Part shown: positions 1 through 12,084 of the stretch, one piece after another
How positions within the stretch are numbered: the first letter of the stretch is position 1
Layout of the letters: each line of letters begins with the position of its first letter
Origin: Camelus dromedarius
Lineage: Eukaryota
DNA length: 64,000 nucleotides
Reading direction: 5' to 3'
Assembly: GCF_036321535.1 (NCBI RefSeq)
Contig: NC_087436.1
Location: 29,390,001 to 29,454,000 of the forward strand
The notes under the pieces: model-generated
Databases searched by the model: none
What the model saw: only the letters and a program-made list of their open reading frames with translations
Told to the model about the DNA's origin: nothing
Made by a program: the position numbers and the translations under genes

Positions 1-2440
1 GTAGCTAGCATGAAATGAGCCATCAATAATATAAACTAATATCACCTCAGCATTATAATATTTTCTAATATAAAATGCCAGTTTAATTTGTTAAAATGCC
101 TTTGTGTTTCCACTTCTGCATTGGCATTTTTATGCCATGTAGAGGGGATGTTGATTTTTTTTAAAAGAAAACATGATAAAAGTAGTATTTTTGGTTGTTC
201 AATACAGTTGTGGAAGGATATCAAATAAAGGACACAATGGAACAAGAGAGGCTAGGTTGGGGGTTAGTAAAATAGTGTAGGTATGGAGAATAAGAAACTA
301 AGATGGGATAATAAAAGATTAAGTGGTCTAAAAGTAGCCTGCAGAGGCAAAAGTTGTAGAATACAATCATTGCCTCCTTTGCTTGATCCCCGGATATGAA
401 AGCAAATGCCTGCCTGGGACTCAATCTGGAGAGAGAATTTCTTTCTTCACAAATACCTTTGTGTGTGTGTGTGGTTGGAAAAGACCAACGTGATGAAACT
501 GTTGGATAACAAAGGCAGCTTACTGATATTTTGATGATAGGAGCATCACATTCCTCTCATTGCTTTGCTAACATGCTTGCAAAAAACAAATCCTCCAAGA
601 AGGCAGTGTTTGAAACGGCGTTTCAATTTAGCCACTCACATTGAAAAATATTATGAATACATGTAGCTCACTTATATACTTGACATTGTCTAGTGAATTC
701 CAAAAAAATATCTTACAGGTGCAAACATAACAACAACAACAATTAAAATAACTGAGAACATGTTCTGCTTCGAGTTTGGATGTGGAAATGTACAAGACTG
801 TGTGTTCACACTAACAAACATAACAATCTGAGTAAGATAAAGATTGTCATTTTCCTTAAAATGAGGAAAATGTGAGGACTCAAAGAAACCTAAATGGAAT
901 AAATTCCAGGAAGTGAAAAGCTTTTCATGTGAGAGCTTTGTTTGTAATGGTGGAACTGTGATTAGATAATCCAAGGCCACTATGATGAAGGTCTGTGAAG
1001 CAGCCGAACTCTTAAGGAACTTTTGGTTCCTGCAATTGGGCTGCCATAACATTGAAATCCTGAACTGTCCTAGGCACAGAGTGAATCTGCACCCACCAGC
1101 TACCTTGTAGATAGGTGTTGACTGAGTCTTCAGTGGAAATACACCAAAAGCTGGAGGGGAGAGAGTTGAGGGTGGTCCCCAAGTTTTACCAATACTTTAT
1201 CCATCCAGTGCAAGGTAGCTGTTCTCAGAAGGCATCTGGGCAGAGCAGGAGTGCTGAGAAAAAGAGATCAGAGAAACTCCACGCTTTCAGGGAAAAAAAA
1301 ATCTGAGATTGAGGCAGGAGTCTTGAAAGAAGTCCTAGGAATTCACAGACTCCTGCCTTCTGAAGTCCAAAGGATCTGAAGGGCGATTGAGATAATGGAC
1401 AGGCAGAAGCTCTAGACAGCAAAGAGACCCAAAACCCTAGCAGGTATTCTGAAAAACAGGGAGAAAAAACCCACTCTTCTGCAGACTAATGGTTTGGTTA
1501 AATTTAAACAGATATCTGGAATTTTCTCAGTGTTCAGTTCCCTGGCCTGGTGAAAGGAAAGTTCTAATTTAACTATTAAAATATGCAAAGTAACAGGGAG
1601 GACCTCTTTCTGCTTAGAATATAGAAATCTGCAAGGAAATTTGCTCTCAATTGAACAATGGGGGAAAACAGCCAGATAAAGTGCAAATTTTCTTGAATTC
1701 ATCAGAGAGCTGAAATCATAAAGCAACCAAGTAGATCATTATCATGAAGAAAGTTTAAACTATCATATGAAATAGCCTCAACTTTCAGCCATATAATCTC
1801 AATTGTCATGAAACCCACATCCACATTTTATCATTTCCCCTCTTAATTTTGAAGGATTAGCCCTCTTCTGCCGTCAACCCCACACCACCATTCAGCTACT
1901 ATCCTATTTCTCTGCTCATTTTCTGTGAAAGACTTTTCAAAACATATATTTGGGCTCCAGGGGCAAAATTGGTAAAGAAAATCAGTCTCTGGTGGATGAA
2001 TTATAGAGGTGAACAAAAGGAAGAAGGCAGAGAATTAGGGGTTCCATCAGGACCCGATCCAGGCTCCAGAGAAAGAGGATAGAAAGATTTTTTACTACAA
2101 TTTTCTAATTGTATCTAGGTATCTAGGAATATATAGATCTTATACATTACAGAGAGGTAATTTATCACTTGATAGAAACATTTCAAATATCTGTTTTTCA
2201 TATTCTGAAAATGAACGGGATTTTTCTACTTTCATGTGGCTAAATACTTTTAATTCTGATTCCTAATAGCATAGAAATCTCTGTTTGAAAATGGCAACCT
2301 TTAAGTTCTGACATACATAAATTTTGTATTATTTAATAGCATACATTTCAAAATCATTTGCATCTTATGAAAACATAGTTTTTTGAAGTTAGAAAAACTG
2401 ATAATTTTTATTATTTATTTAGCATAAAGAAGATGACTTA

Positions 2441-3505
2441 GTCACAGTTGCTAAAACCTGAGCGCAACCAAGGTATTTTTCAAAAGTGAATGGATAAATA
2501 ACTGTGGGTCATCATGTCAACTGAAAAAAAGGCACAACGTGAGAGCTGTGAACTAAGTTTTATTTGGGGCAGAATGAGGACTATATCCCAGGAGACAGCA
2601 TCTCAGCTAGCTCTGAGAACTGTTCTGAAGAGGCAGGGTGGGAGCTCAGTATTATATATGATCTTAGTGAAGGGGGTATGTGCAGTCAAGCACACGTTTA
2701 AGCAGAGGCTTGCTGCTAGTCACGAAGAGCAGATGTCAAGGTTAATGATTTTAGTGCTTTTCTAGATATGAGGAGATGCAAGAATATGGGCTCATAAATT
2801 CTTCTCCTGAAAATATCTATCTATAGGCCTGTTCTGCCACTTTTTTTTTTTCTTTTTTCCAGAGCGCAGAGTGCCTCGTTCCTGATCTCCACCCTGAATT
2901 CCTTGCAGGGTGTGCTGAAGGTCAGTGGCTGCAGCGGCTCATGATTTAATCCTTGTAGGGGTAAATGGGATGTGCCAATTTTTAGTTGACAATCCAGACA
3001 ATGGAAGATTATTTAATACTAAAAAGAAATGAGCCATCGAGGTGTGTAAAGATAAGAAACAAATGCATATTACTAAGTGAAAGAAGTCAATCATATATAC
3101 TGTTGGATTTCAACTCCATGACATTCTGGAAAAGACAGAACTATGGGGATGATAAAAAGATCAATGGTTGCCCAGGGTTAGGAGGGATGATTACATAGAG
3201 CATAGAGGATTTTCAGGGCAGTGAAACTACTCTGTATGATACTGTAATGATGGATACCTCTAATCATATATCAGTCTACACTCAAAGAATATATAACACC
3301 AAGAGTGAACCATAATGTAAACTATGACTTTGGGGGACTATGCTGTGTTAATGTGGGTTTATCAGCTGTAACAGTGTGGGGGCTATTGATGATGGGGGAG
3401 GCGATGCACGTGTAGGGGCAGAAGGTATATAAAAACTCTGTGTTTTACACTCAATTTTGCTGTGAACTTAAAATTGACCTAAAAAAAATAAATTCTATTA
3501 AAAAT
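2441..3505 (+). mobile_element. L1MC1/L1MC2-like LINE-1 3' end, split by an LTR insertion at 2515-2991
   Basis: Typical L1MC 3' motifs: gtgaatggataaataactgtgg|atccagacaatgga, aaatgcatattactaagtgaaagaag, caccaagagtgaaccataatgtaaactatg, ctcaattttgctgtgaac, then an A-rich tail near 3481-3505. Confidence 0.85.
2515..2991 (-). mobile_element. ERV1 solo LTR, MER41-like (cetartiodactyl type)
   Basis: TG...CA termini with imperfect terminal inverted repeat (tgtcaactgaaaa / ttttagttgaca). Flanking 4-bp TSD atca (2511-2514) / atcc (2992-2995). AATAAA on the minus strand near 2559-2564. Body resembles MER41-family LTRs. Confidence 0.8.
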
Positions 3506-3644
3506 TATAAATCAATTTTAAAAGAGAGAAGATGACTAAGGAACTGCATAGAGTGATTTGTATTCAGATTATGTCACATATATTGTCTGTTGATAAAAAT
3601 AAAAGGCATCTTTATCAGCCATCTCATGGGTGTGGGCAAGAAGA

Positions 3645-3920
3645 CCTTATTTCCTTGCCATCCTGTCCTCTTCACAAGGTTACCTGAATGTTTTTATGAC
3701 GTGGCAGTTGGCTCCCCCACAGCAAGTGATCTGAGAGAGAACAGGAAGGAAGGAGAAATGCCTTTTACAGCCTAATCTTGGAAATGATACAGCAACATTT
3801 CTCACATAGTCTGTTGACCACACAGACCCATCTTGGTACAGAATAGGAGAAAACTACACAAGGCTGCAAATATAAAAAGGCGAAGGTCATTGGGGACCAC
3901 CCTGGAGCCTGGCTGTCAGA
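3645..3920 (-). mobile_element. MaLR LTR fragment (MLT1F/G-like)
   Basis: gtggcagttggctcccccacagcaagtgatc ... gtcattggggaccaccctggagcctggctg matches the reverse complement of the MLT1F-type 5' half. Confidence 0.7.
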
Positions 3921-4039
3921 GCATAATGTACCAAATGTCATAAAAGAGTGTCATTTTACCTTGTTTACTATTTACATGGTTTCACTCTTCTCAAATATCA
4001 AGAAATATCCCTGCTTCTTTTGCACAGAACAGTTAGGCT

Positions 4040-4676
4040 TTTTTTCCCATTTTCACTGAGATGAGAGTAATACACAGCACTGTGAAAATTTAAGGTGTAC
4101 AACATAATGACTTGACTTGCACATGCTGTGAAATGCATGATTACCACAATTTGTTTAGTTAACATCCATCATCTCATATAGATATCAAAAAAAAAAAAAA
4201 AGGTAGGGGAGAGAGAGAGAGAGCAAGAAGAAAACAGGTGTATTTTTCCTTGTGGTAAGGACTCTTAGGATTTACTCTCTTAACAACTTTGAGGCATTCT
4301 ACACAGCAGTGTTAACTATAGTCATCATGTTACACCACCAGTACTTACCACTGTAAGTCTGTAGCTTTTGACCACCTCCATCAAGTTCCGCCCTGCCATC
4401 CCCCACCTCTGGTAAGCACAAATCTGATCTCTTTTTCTACGAGTTTGGGGTTGTTACTGGTTTTGGTGTGTTTTGTTTGTTTGTTTGGTTGGTTGATTTT
4501 TGCCTTCTTTTTCTTTACAGTATGATCTTCACATATAAGTGAGATCATACACTGTCCTTCTCTGACTTATTACACTTAGCATAATGCCCTCAAGATCTGT
4601 TCATGTTGTCCCAAATTTCCTTTTTTATGGATGAATTTTGTGTGTGTATGTATATATAATATATATTACATATGTG

Positions 4677-4743
<67 letters not shown>

Positions 4744-4747
4744 CACA
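4040..4747 (-). mobile_element. LINE-1 3' end (L1MA9/10-like); non-inverted arm of a 5'-inverted insertion
   Basis: tttaaggtgtacaacataatg, gttaacatccatcatctcatatag, cttaggatttactctcttaacaacttt and cacatataagtgagatcatac are reverse-strand L1MA 3' UTR motifs. Confidence 0.8.
4640..4740. repeat. Compound (TG)n/(TA)n microsatellite inside L1
   Basis: Directly visible dinucleotide runs. Confidence 0.95.
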
Positions 4748-5035
4748 ATGAGATTTCACCTTTTTAACACCTGTTAAAATGGCTATCATTAAAAAACAAG
4801 AGATAACAAATACTGGTGAGGATTTGGAGAACATGTCACTGTGAAAACATGGAGGTTTCTCAAAAAATTAGAAAATAGAACTACCATATGATCCAGAAAT
4901 GCCACTTCTGGGAATATATCTGAAGGATACAAAATCACTATCTCAAAGAGATTGTCTGCACCCCCCATGTTCACAACAGCATTATTTATAATAGCCAAGA
5001 CATGGAAACAACCTAAGTGAGCACTGAGGGATGAA
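4743..5035 (+). mobile_element. LINE-1 ORF2 C-terminal fragment; inverted arm
   Basis: ccacaatgagatttcacc...aaatggctatcatt...aaaatagaactaccatatgatccag...atagccaagacatggaaacaacctaagtg, the end of L1 ORF2 in + orientation. Confidence 0.85.
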
Positions 5036-5907
5036 AGAAGTTAAGATATTTTTAAGTGATATATTTTGAAGATGAGTCAACCTGAAAAATTTCTGCATTG
5101 TTTTACATTGTATAATAATATAAAATCTCATAGCTGCCTTTAAAGTCTACATTCTGTTTCTTAAAAAGTGACAATATATTCATTTGATAATACATTCCCA
5201 TAAAAAGCTATTGATAAAGCTTCTGCTATTGTAAAAGATTCTTTATCTAACATTTTCTATATTTAGAATAACTGCAGATACTTACTAATACATCTTATGG
5301 ATGTATTTAGTGTTTTCTTTTTAAATGCACAGTAGAAACTGAGTTTTCAGTTTAAGGAAGAGCCCCTACAGAGTTAATCCACTATGTTAATCCATTAATG
5401 ATGCACAATTTACTATTAAGTAGCATTAATGAATGTTAATGTCATTAAGTTTACAGTGAGACTTTAGACTTAATTATATAACTTGACAAAAGAATCTGAA
5501 AAGACACTAAACAAAATTTCAAGTTAAGATAGATTAAATGCCTGCATTTAAAAAAAAATGTTTTGTAATACATAATAAATGATTGCATATATACTGTTAG
5601 AAGTTCCCAAAATTGATATCCAAGAAACAGTTACATTTTTTAAAAGTCTCACCAGGAAAGAAAACTTTGATAAAGCTTTTATGCTGAATTTTTAAAGTTA
5701 CTTTTAAATGAAATAAAGGCTCTGAATTCTTAGTTTTGTGTTTTTGATACAATAAATATTGCTCAGTAGAGCCAATGCAGATTTACTCCCCATCCTGCAC
5801 ATGGTTTGTACGTCCTGTAAGTCATCCATGTATATGAAAAAATGGCTATTAATTACCTTCACCTAGAACATCACTCTGATTTCTATATAAACACAATATC
5901 ATGCACC

Positions 5908-6459
5908 TATTGCGGAAAAATGTGTTACAGCTCAGTTGTGACAGCAACCTGGATCCTGGCGAGAGACCAAGCAGCACTCAGAGAGTTGGAGAACTCAGGT
6001 TTATTACACCAGCAGGCCCAGAGGAGTTAACACTTCAAACTCTGGACCCCGTCCGTAGGTTTTCACAGGCCTTTTATAGGCTGCCAGTTTTACACTTTGC
6101 AACATCATATGCAAATAAAGTACAACAGAAGTTGACCAACCAGGAACAAGCTTTGTAGAAATAGACCAATCAGGAGTGAGCTCCATGCAAATGAAGTACT
6201 ACAAATAGACCAATCAGAAGTGAGGGAAGTGGACCAATCAGAAGTGAGGGTAAGAACCAATCAGAAGTGAGAGTAATAACCAATTAGGAGTGAAAGAAAG
6301 TGAGCTCAGGGAATCAATAGAATTCTAGGTGTAAGTTAGCCACTTTAGGGGCAAAAAGTGAGATAGAGCCTCTGGGCCAGGGAACCAGATGCTAGTGGGA
6401 GGAGAGCAGCGGCCCTGCCTAGGGGTCCTGCCAGTCTTTTTATGGGGCTTCCCGCCTCA
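5908..6459 (-). mobile_element. ERV1-class solo LTR with CCAAT tandem array
   Basis: 4-bp TSD cacc (5904-5907, 6460-6463). Termini t(a)ttgcgg...cgcctca. Minus-strand TATAAAA near 6072-6078 and AATAAA near 6000-6005. Repeated accaatcagaagtgag units. Confidence 0.85.
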
Positions 6460-7527
6460 CACCAACTAGTGTGTGCATAATTTTAATATAAACAGAATTA
6501 TTAGGAATTCAATCTCACATGTGTTTAAGGAATATAATACTTCATTTTGTTGGCAGTGTGACCAAATACTGTTCATCATTTAGCAGATGATTACAGGTCA
6601 CTGTTTATGGTATTTGAATTAACAGAAAAGTCAGTCTTTATTGATCTGCATGTGTAGCTTTTACATTTAGAGTTTACATGTAGATGCAAGCACCTTACTA
6701 CTTTATTATACTATTTACATAGTTCAGTCTAGATATTCAGACACTGAAATAAGTATCTCCCCTTTATTTCTCCTTTTTGCTAAAATTAGTACACCATAAT
6801 AGTTTAAAATGCTTGATTGTTCTAAGGTGATCATCTCTATGCATCTCATTTCAGTGTCATAAAAGGAACACTAAATATATTTGTTGTAAGGAGGAGACGT
6901 TGGGTCTGATAGGATAGAGAAGTGATTTCGAAGTTGTTTTCATATAGTGTAGAACTAGCACAAGCTCTTTTCTGTGAACTATTCTACAGAGCAAATAAAT
7001 GCTACATTGTTGAACTTTCTGTCCTCTGATTTAAAAAATACATAGATAAGCATAAAAACAGTGCTATGCAAAATGCACCAAATTGCTATTTTTAATTTCT
7101 CAGAATGGCCTATAAGACTGACTTAAAATGTAGTACAAACAACTATATATCCCTGGTTCTCCAACACTCTGCCATACATTCTACACTCACATGACCGTAT
7201 GACAGTCTCTCCAAATTTTCCATAGTTCCTTACTCACTCTGATTGTTGTTTCCTCTACAAACAAAACTCTTCTTTCCAGTATCTGTATCCTGAACTCTCC
7301 TCCAGCTTTCAATACGAACAACAAAGTGATTTTTTTCTGTGCAGAACTTTCCCATTCCCGTATTTAAAATCAATTCAGATCTCTTATTAGACAAGAAGCC
7401 AATTTATTTTGACCTCTGCCATTAAAATAACATTGTCATATAATAGCTTTATTATTTCATTCTTTCCTGCAGGTCTGGAACTATAGCTTAAGAATCAAAG
7501 AGTAAATATACAGCAGGGTCATCTAAC

Positions 7528-7691
7528 TCTTGCTTTTCAAACTGTGGTCATTAAACCAAGACCATGGGCATTACTTGGAGGTCTGTTAGAAATGCTCTCT
7601 GAAACTCCATTCTAGACCTACTCAATCTGAGAATGCATTTTTAACAAGACCATTAGGTTATATGTTTTCACATTAACATTTGAGGAGCACT
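7528..7691. mobile_element. MER5A/B-like hAT-Charlie MITE
   Basis: ttcaaactgtggtc...cattacttggagg...tgttagaaatgc...ctagacctactcaatc...tgcatttttaacaagacc...tttgaggagcact. Confidence 0.75.
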
Positions 7692-8402
7692 TTTCTACCT
7701 TTATCAATTTCCAAATGTAAAGATCTTTTGTGCACAGAGATTCAAGGACATCTTCAGGACCACCAGTATCTTATACATAGACTCTAACATATTGATATTA
7801 AGTTGAAAATCTATTATATAAATTATCAATATCGCTATCATTTTTAAATGATGGAAAATGCTTTCAAATTGGCTGTATTATGGTTTCTTTACAATTTTAA
7901 TATCTAATTTACTTATTTAAATTTATGCTGTAATAATGGTTAGATAATCACAACATTAGATTTATTTTCCCCAAATTTTTATACATGCCAGCTCATTTGA
8001 GAAGAATGGTTCAATGTCCTAGAACATGGTGTACTATTTGAATTTTTATTAAATCAACTAAAAATAATGTTAATAATGTCTATTTAATTTTTACACTTAT
8101 GCAGCAAATAGTCTTCAGATTCAAATTTTTTCAATGTCTGTTTGGTTGTCTATATTAATATACTACAGAAAACATTAAATTTTACTGGTAGGTATGTAAT
8201 TAATTACCGCTAGATGGATTACTTATTTGTGAGAAATACTTTTACATTAAAAAAAGAATTATGAGACTTTTTTTAGTATTGTATAGTAATATAATGATAA
8301 TTTAAAGTATTCACAGATTTAGGATAGCTCAAACATAAGCACTTGAAAAGGTAGTTTCCTGGTAATAATTTTTTAAATAAAATATTAATGTGGCTTCACA
8401 GG

Positions 8403-8435
8403 TTTTTTTTTTTTGTTTGTTTGTTTGTTTGTTTG
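8403..8435. repeat. poly(T)/(GTTT)n simple repeat
   Basis: Directly visible. Confidence 0.9.
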
Positions 8436-9799
8436 GTGCAGTGTAATTTTGTTTTTTGGCAACTTGCTGGGAGTAGGGAATTGAAAATTAAGTAGTGGCA
8501 GTAGAGCGTCAAGTCCTGGGAAAGAAAATAGCCTTATTCTCTGTTTTTTTTAATAGTTCTATTTAGCATCAAGAGAAGCTGAGTTGCTACCAGTTTCAGT
8601 CTAGCTCACTAAAAACAGTGAAAATTCAGCTATCAGTTTTATGTGACACAGGAGATCAATGTAATGCAATAAAACCAAAAACATTATTTCTTAATGTTAT
8701 TCTGGCTTTAGAGATTTTGAAGTTATGCTTTCCTGCACACACATATACACACACACAACAAAAAACACACCCCTCTTGTTTGAAGCATGGATTTTTTTTT
8801 TTTAGTTATTTTGCCTTGGTAACTGTCTCCACCAGAATTCCCTCAAGAAATGGACTGTATCACCTTTTGAAACAAAAGCAAGGCAAGAGTTACTAAAGAA
8901 AAGCTGAACTAGTACTTACATTCTTTGTGAAGCTTATCTGAGTCATGGTATCCCAGAGGCAAGGAAGTAATTGTCTGGGGTTTAAAAGTCTTTTTCTAAC
9001 GCTTTCTACTATGAAAGTATAAGTAAAAATCGTTATTCCAATGAATAAATACCAAACAAGATAGTCAACAATTTTAGTATTGCGTAAATAAAAGATTTAA
9101 TTTATAACGTACATAAATCAGATCATCACTTAATTGTGTGGGTGTATTTCAATGCTGGTATATAAGAAGATATGAATTCCACTACTAAATTTACTTAAAA
9201 AATAGGCCACTATTCGTCATTTCCTGCATTCACTTATAGCACCATACTGCTTACTGCTATTTAACTCTTTTCTCTTCTTTGCTGAAGGCATGGCCACTGA
9301 ATGAACCATAATACATACATATTACTCATAAAGTACATGAATAAAATTAAAGTTTAATAGGTATTCATATGACAGAAGGAAGCACTATCATTGAAAAGTA
9401 TACTTCACTATTCAAATTAATTGACATTGTTATAATCAATGTTCTGAGGTGCATTACACAGTATAGAATAATTGCTGAAAGTCAATTTTGCCTAATAACA
9501 CTATTTAGGGAATGATCAAATTTTATTAATTTTTGAAATAGAACACTCACATCATGGATTTTAATCGCATAGAAAAAGAGCCCTTCATCATGCAAAGCTC
9601 TTGTCATGGTGCTTGGAAAATAGGAGTCATTCAGATGTCAGCTATATTTTAAGTTATATTTCCAATTTATGGAAACCATTATATGTTTGTTAATAACTGA
9701 TTTTCTTAAAAGCCTTTGTAATCTTAATCATATACACATTAGAATGGTACGGTTTGATACATAAAGAGAAAACATTTTATATAGGGCTGAGAGATCTCA

Positions 9800-10372
9800 A
9801 AGCCATTCATAGTTACTATGATTCACAAGAAGTTTCTTAAAAAAATGGTTATATTCATGGTTATGATTATGACACTGAAAAGATACAGACTAAAGTCAGC
9901 AAAGTGAAAGGTGCATGAGGCAAATTCCAAGAAAACAGGAAGCAAGCGTCCAGGTGTCCTAACCCAGTAAAGTCACATGGAAGAATTTATTTCTCTCATC
10001 AACTGTGTGTGACAACATGTGCAAAGTATTGCCAACCAGAAAAGCTCGCCTAAGCTCCAGGGTGTTTATTGGGTCAATCATGTGGGCATGCAACACTGGC
10101 ATGACTGATCTCAGCTTCTCACACTCCAACACTCCAGAGCAAAAAGAGATGTTCCCTGTAAATCACTGTTTAGTCTTAATTCTTAGATCAGATTGCTATA
10201 TCTTGGTCCAAAGCCTCAAGCATACAAAAATGATCATTATCAGGGACAATATTCAAGGGCTTCGTCCTCATCTCCCAGGAGCCAGTGAATGGGCAGTTCT
10301 GAAGACAGGCTGTTCTTGATAACATGCAGGTGTTAAGCAACTCAGTTGTGCTGAGTCACCCTTTCCTGCACA
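9800..10372 (-). mobile_element. ERVL LTR, MER77/MER68-like
   Basis: gatacagactaaagtcagcaaag, tgtgtgacaacatgtgcaaagtattgccaaccag, catctcccaggagccagt; ends tgctgagtcaccctttcctgcaca, the reverse complement of the MER77-type start. Confidence 0.75.
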
Positions 10373-10667
10373 ACACTTTTTAAAAAACATTATAATAATA
10401 GTAACACAGGGACAGTACTTATTCAATGGATTGTTGCTTCTCTGTGGATTTATGTATAAAAAAGAATCAATCAAAAACTGCACAACATTTATAGAAGAAA
10501 GTATAATCCCTATATTTCATCATTATAATCCATGGAAGTTTTAAAGAAAACTTGCATTTTGCAAATTTAACCTCTCTGTTGTCTTTTTATTTTCCCCTTA
10601 AACATAAGGACAAGTAATGCAATGCTTTTTATGATTGAAACAGATATTGATTAAAATGTAAAAGTAA

Positions 10668-11204
10668 GATTGTCAGTTTTTATGGCTGAATAGTATTCCA
10701 TTGTATAAATATACCACAGCTTCTTTATCCAGCCATCTGTTGATGGACATTTAGGCTGTTTCCATGTCTTGGCTATTGTAAACAGTGCTGCTATGAACAT
10801 TGGGGTGCAGGTGTCATTTTGAAGTAGGGTTCCTTCTGGGTATATGCCCAGGAGCAGGATTTCTGGGTCACATGGTAAGTCTATTCCTAGTCTTTTGAGG
10901 AATCTCCATACTGTTTTCTACAGTGGCTGCACCAAACTGCATTCCCACCAGCAGTGTAGGAGGGTTCCCCTTTCTCCACAGCCTCTCCAGCATTTGTCAT
11001 TTGTGGACTTTTGAATGATGGCCATTCTGACTGGTGTGAGGTGATACCTCATTGTAGTTTTGATTTGCATTTCTCTGATAATTAGTGATACTGAGCATTT
11101 TTTCATGTACCTATTGATCATTTGTGTTTCTTCCTTGGAGAATTGCTTGTTTAGGTCTTTTGCCCATTTTTGGATTGGGTTATTTGTTTTTTTCTTAAAA
11201 AAAA
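10668..11204 (-). mobile_element. Young lineage-specific LINE-1 ORF2 C-terminal segment followed by a short + strand A-run
   Basis: ORF 10918-11121 (-) encodes ...[23 protein letters not shown]...[19 protein letters not shown], the L1 ORF2p Cys-rich domain. Flanked by the direct repeat taaaagtaa. Confidence 0.92.
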
Positions 11205-11236
11205 TAAAAGTAATAACTCAAATGGGCATTGACATG

Positions 11237-11737
11237 TGTATTAGTTACCTAATACTGTAAGAAATAATGCTGTAAAAAATTTCACAAAATTAGTGGCTTA
11301 TAGTAAGTTATTAACTCATAATTCTAGAGATCATGAATTCAAAATGAGTCTCACTGAGATAAAAATCAAGGTGAGAGCAGGGCTGCATTTCTTTGTGGAG
11401 ACTCCAAGAGAGGAATCCCCTTGCTTGACTTTCCATTTTCTAGAGGTGACCTGCATTCCTTGGCCTGAAGCCCCATCGTCCATCAGCTGTCAAATCACTC
11501 TGACCTTGGTTTCTATCATTATGTGCCCTTGTCTGAGTCTTCTGCAGCTCTCTTTCATCTTTTTAAAATCTTTGTGATTATATTGGGCCCACAGAGATAA
11601 TCAACTATGATGTCCTTATTATAAAACTTATAACTTAAGCACATTGGCAAAGTCTCTTTTGCCATCCATATAACCTATTCACAAATTCTGGGGGTTAAAT
11701 ATGGACATCTCTGGAGAGCCATTATTCTGCCTTCCTG
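11237..11737 (-). mobile_element. MaLR solo LTR (MLT1D-like)
   Basis: tgtattagtt...aaaatcaaggtgagagcagggctgcatt...ttctagaggtgacctgcattccttggc...gcaaagtctcttttgcca...gccattattctgcct. Confidence 0.85.
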
Positions 11738-12084
11738 TAAATCTCCTTTTAAAAAAATTCTGTATTTCCTTATTTTAAATCTTGATTTCTCTCATCTTTT
11801 ATTTTGAACCAATGTTTAATTTAATACTGAACAGTGTTTAATTTAAAAGTATCTGCAGACAATTTTTTTGTGAAATTTTAGTGTACCCCTCTCTTTGTTC
11901 TTTCTCATTATTAAGTTAACCAATTCTCAATTATATGCTATTTTCTTATGTATTTATTCTAAGACCTTCATTGCATATATTTTATACATATTTTATTACA
12001 TATATAGTATATGTACACAGGATAACATTCTTGGTGATGAGGTTATTTATTCATAAAATATCTTGTTAGAAATGAAGACATCAT

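Noticed and set aside
4625..4834. ORFs with YI/HT dipeptide runs (also 35345-35554, 62943-63243)
   Set aside because: Translations of microsatellites.
6130..6300. Regularly spaced repeats as a CRISPR-like array
   Set aside because: Units are tandem 23-24 bp CCAAT repeats without unique spacers, inside a TSD-flanked mammalian LTR. No cas genes are present.
10918..11121. Cys/His-rich ORF as a cellular zinc-finger gene
   Set aside because: It is the LINE-1 ORF2p C-terminus, truncated by a premature stop.
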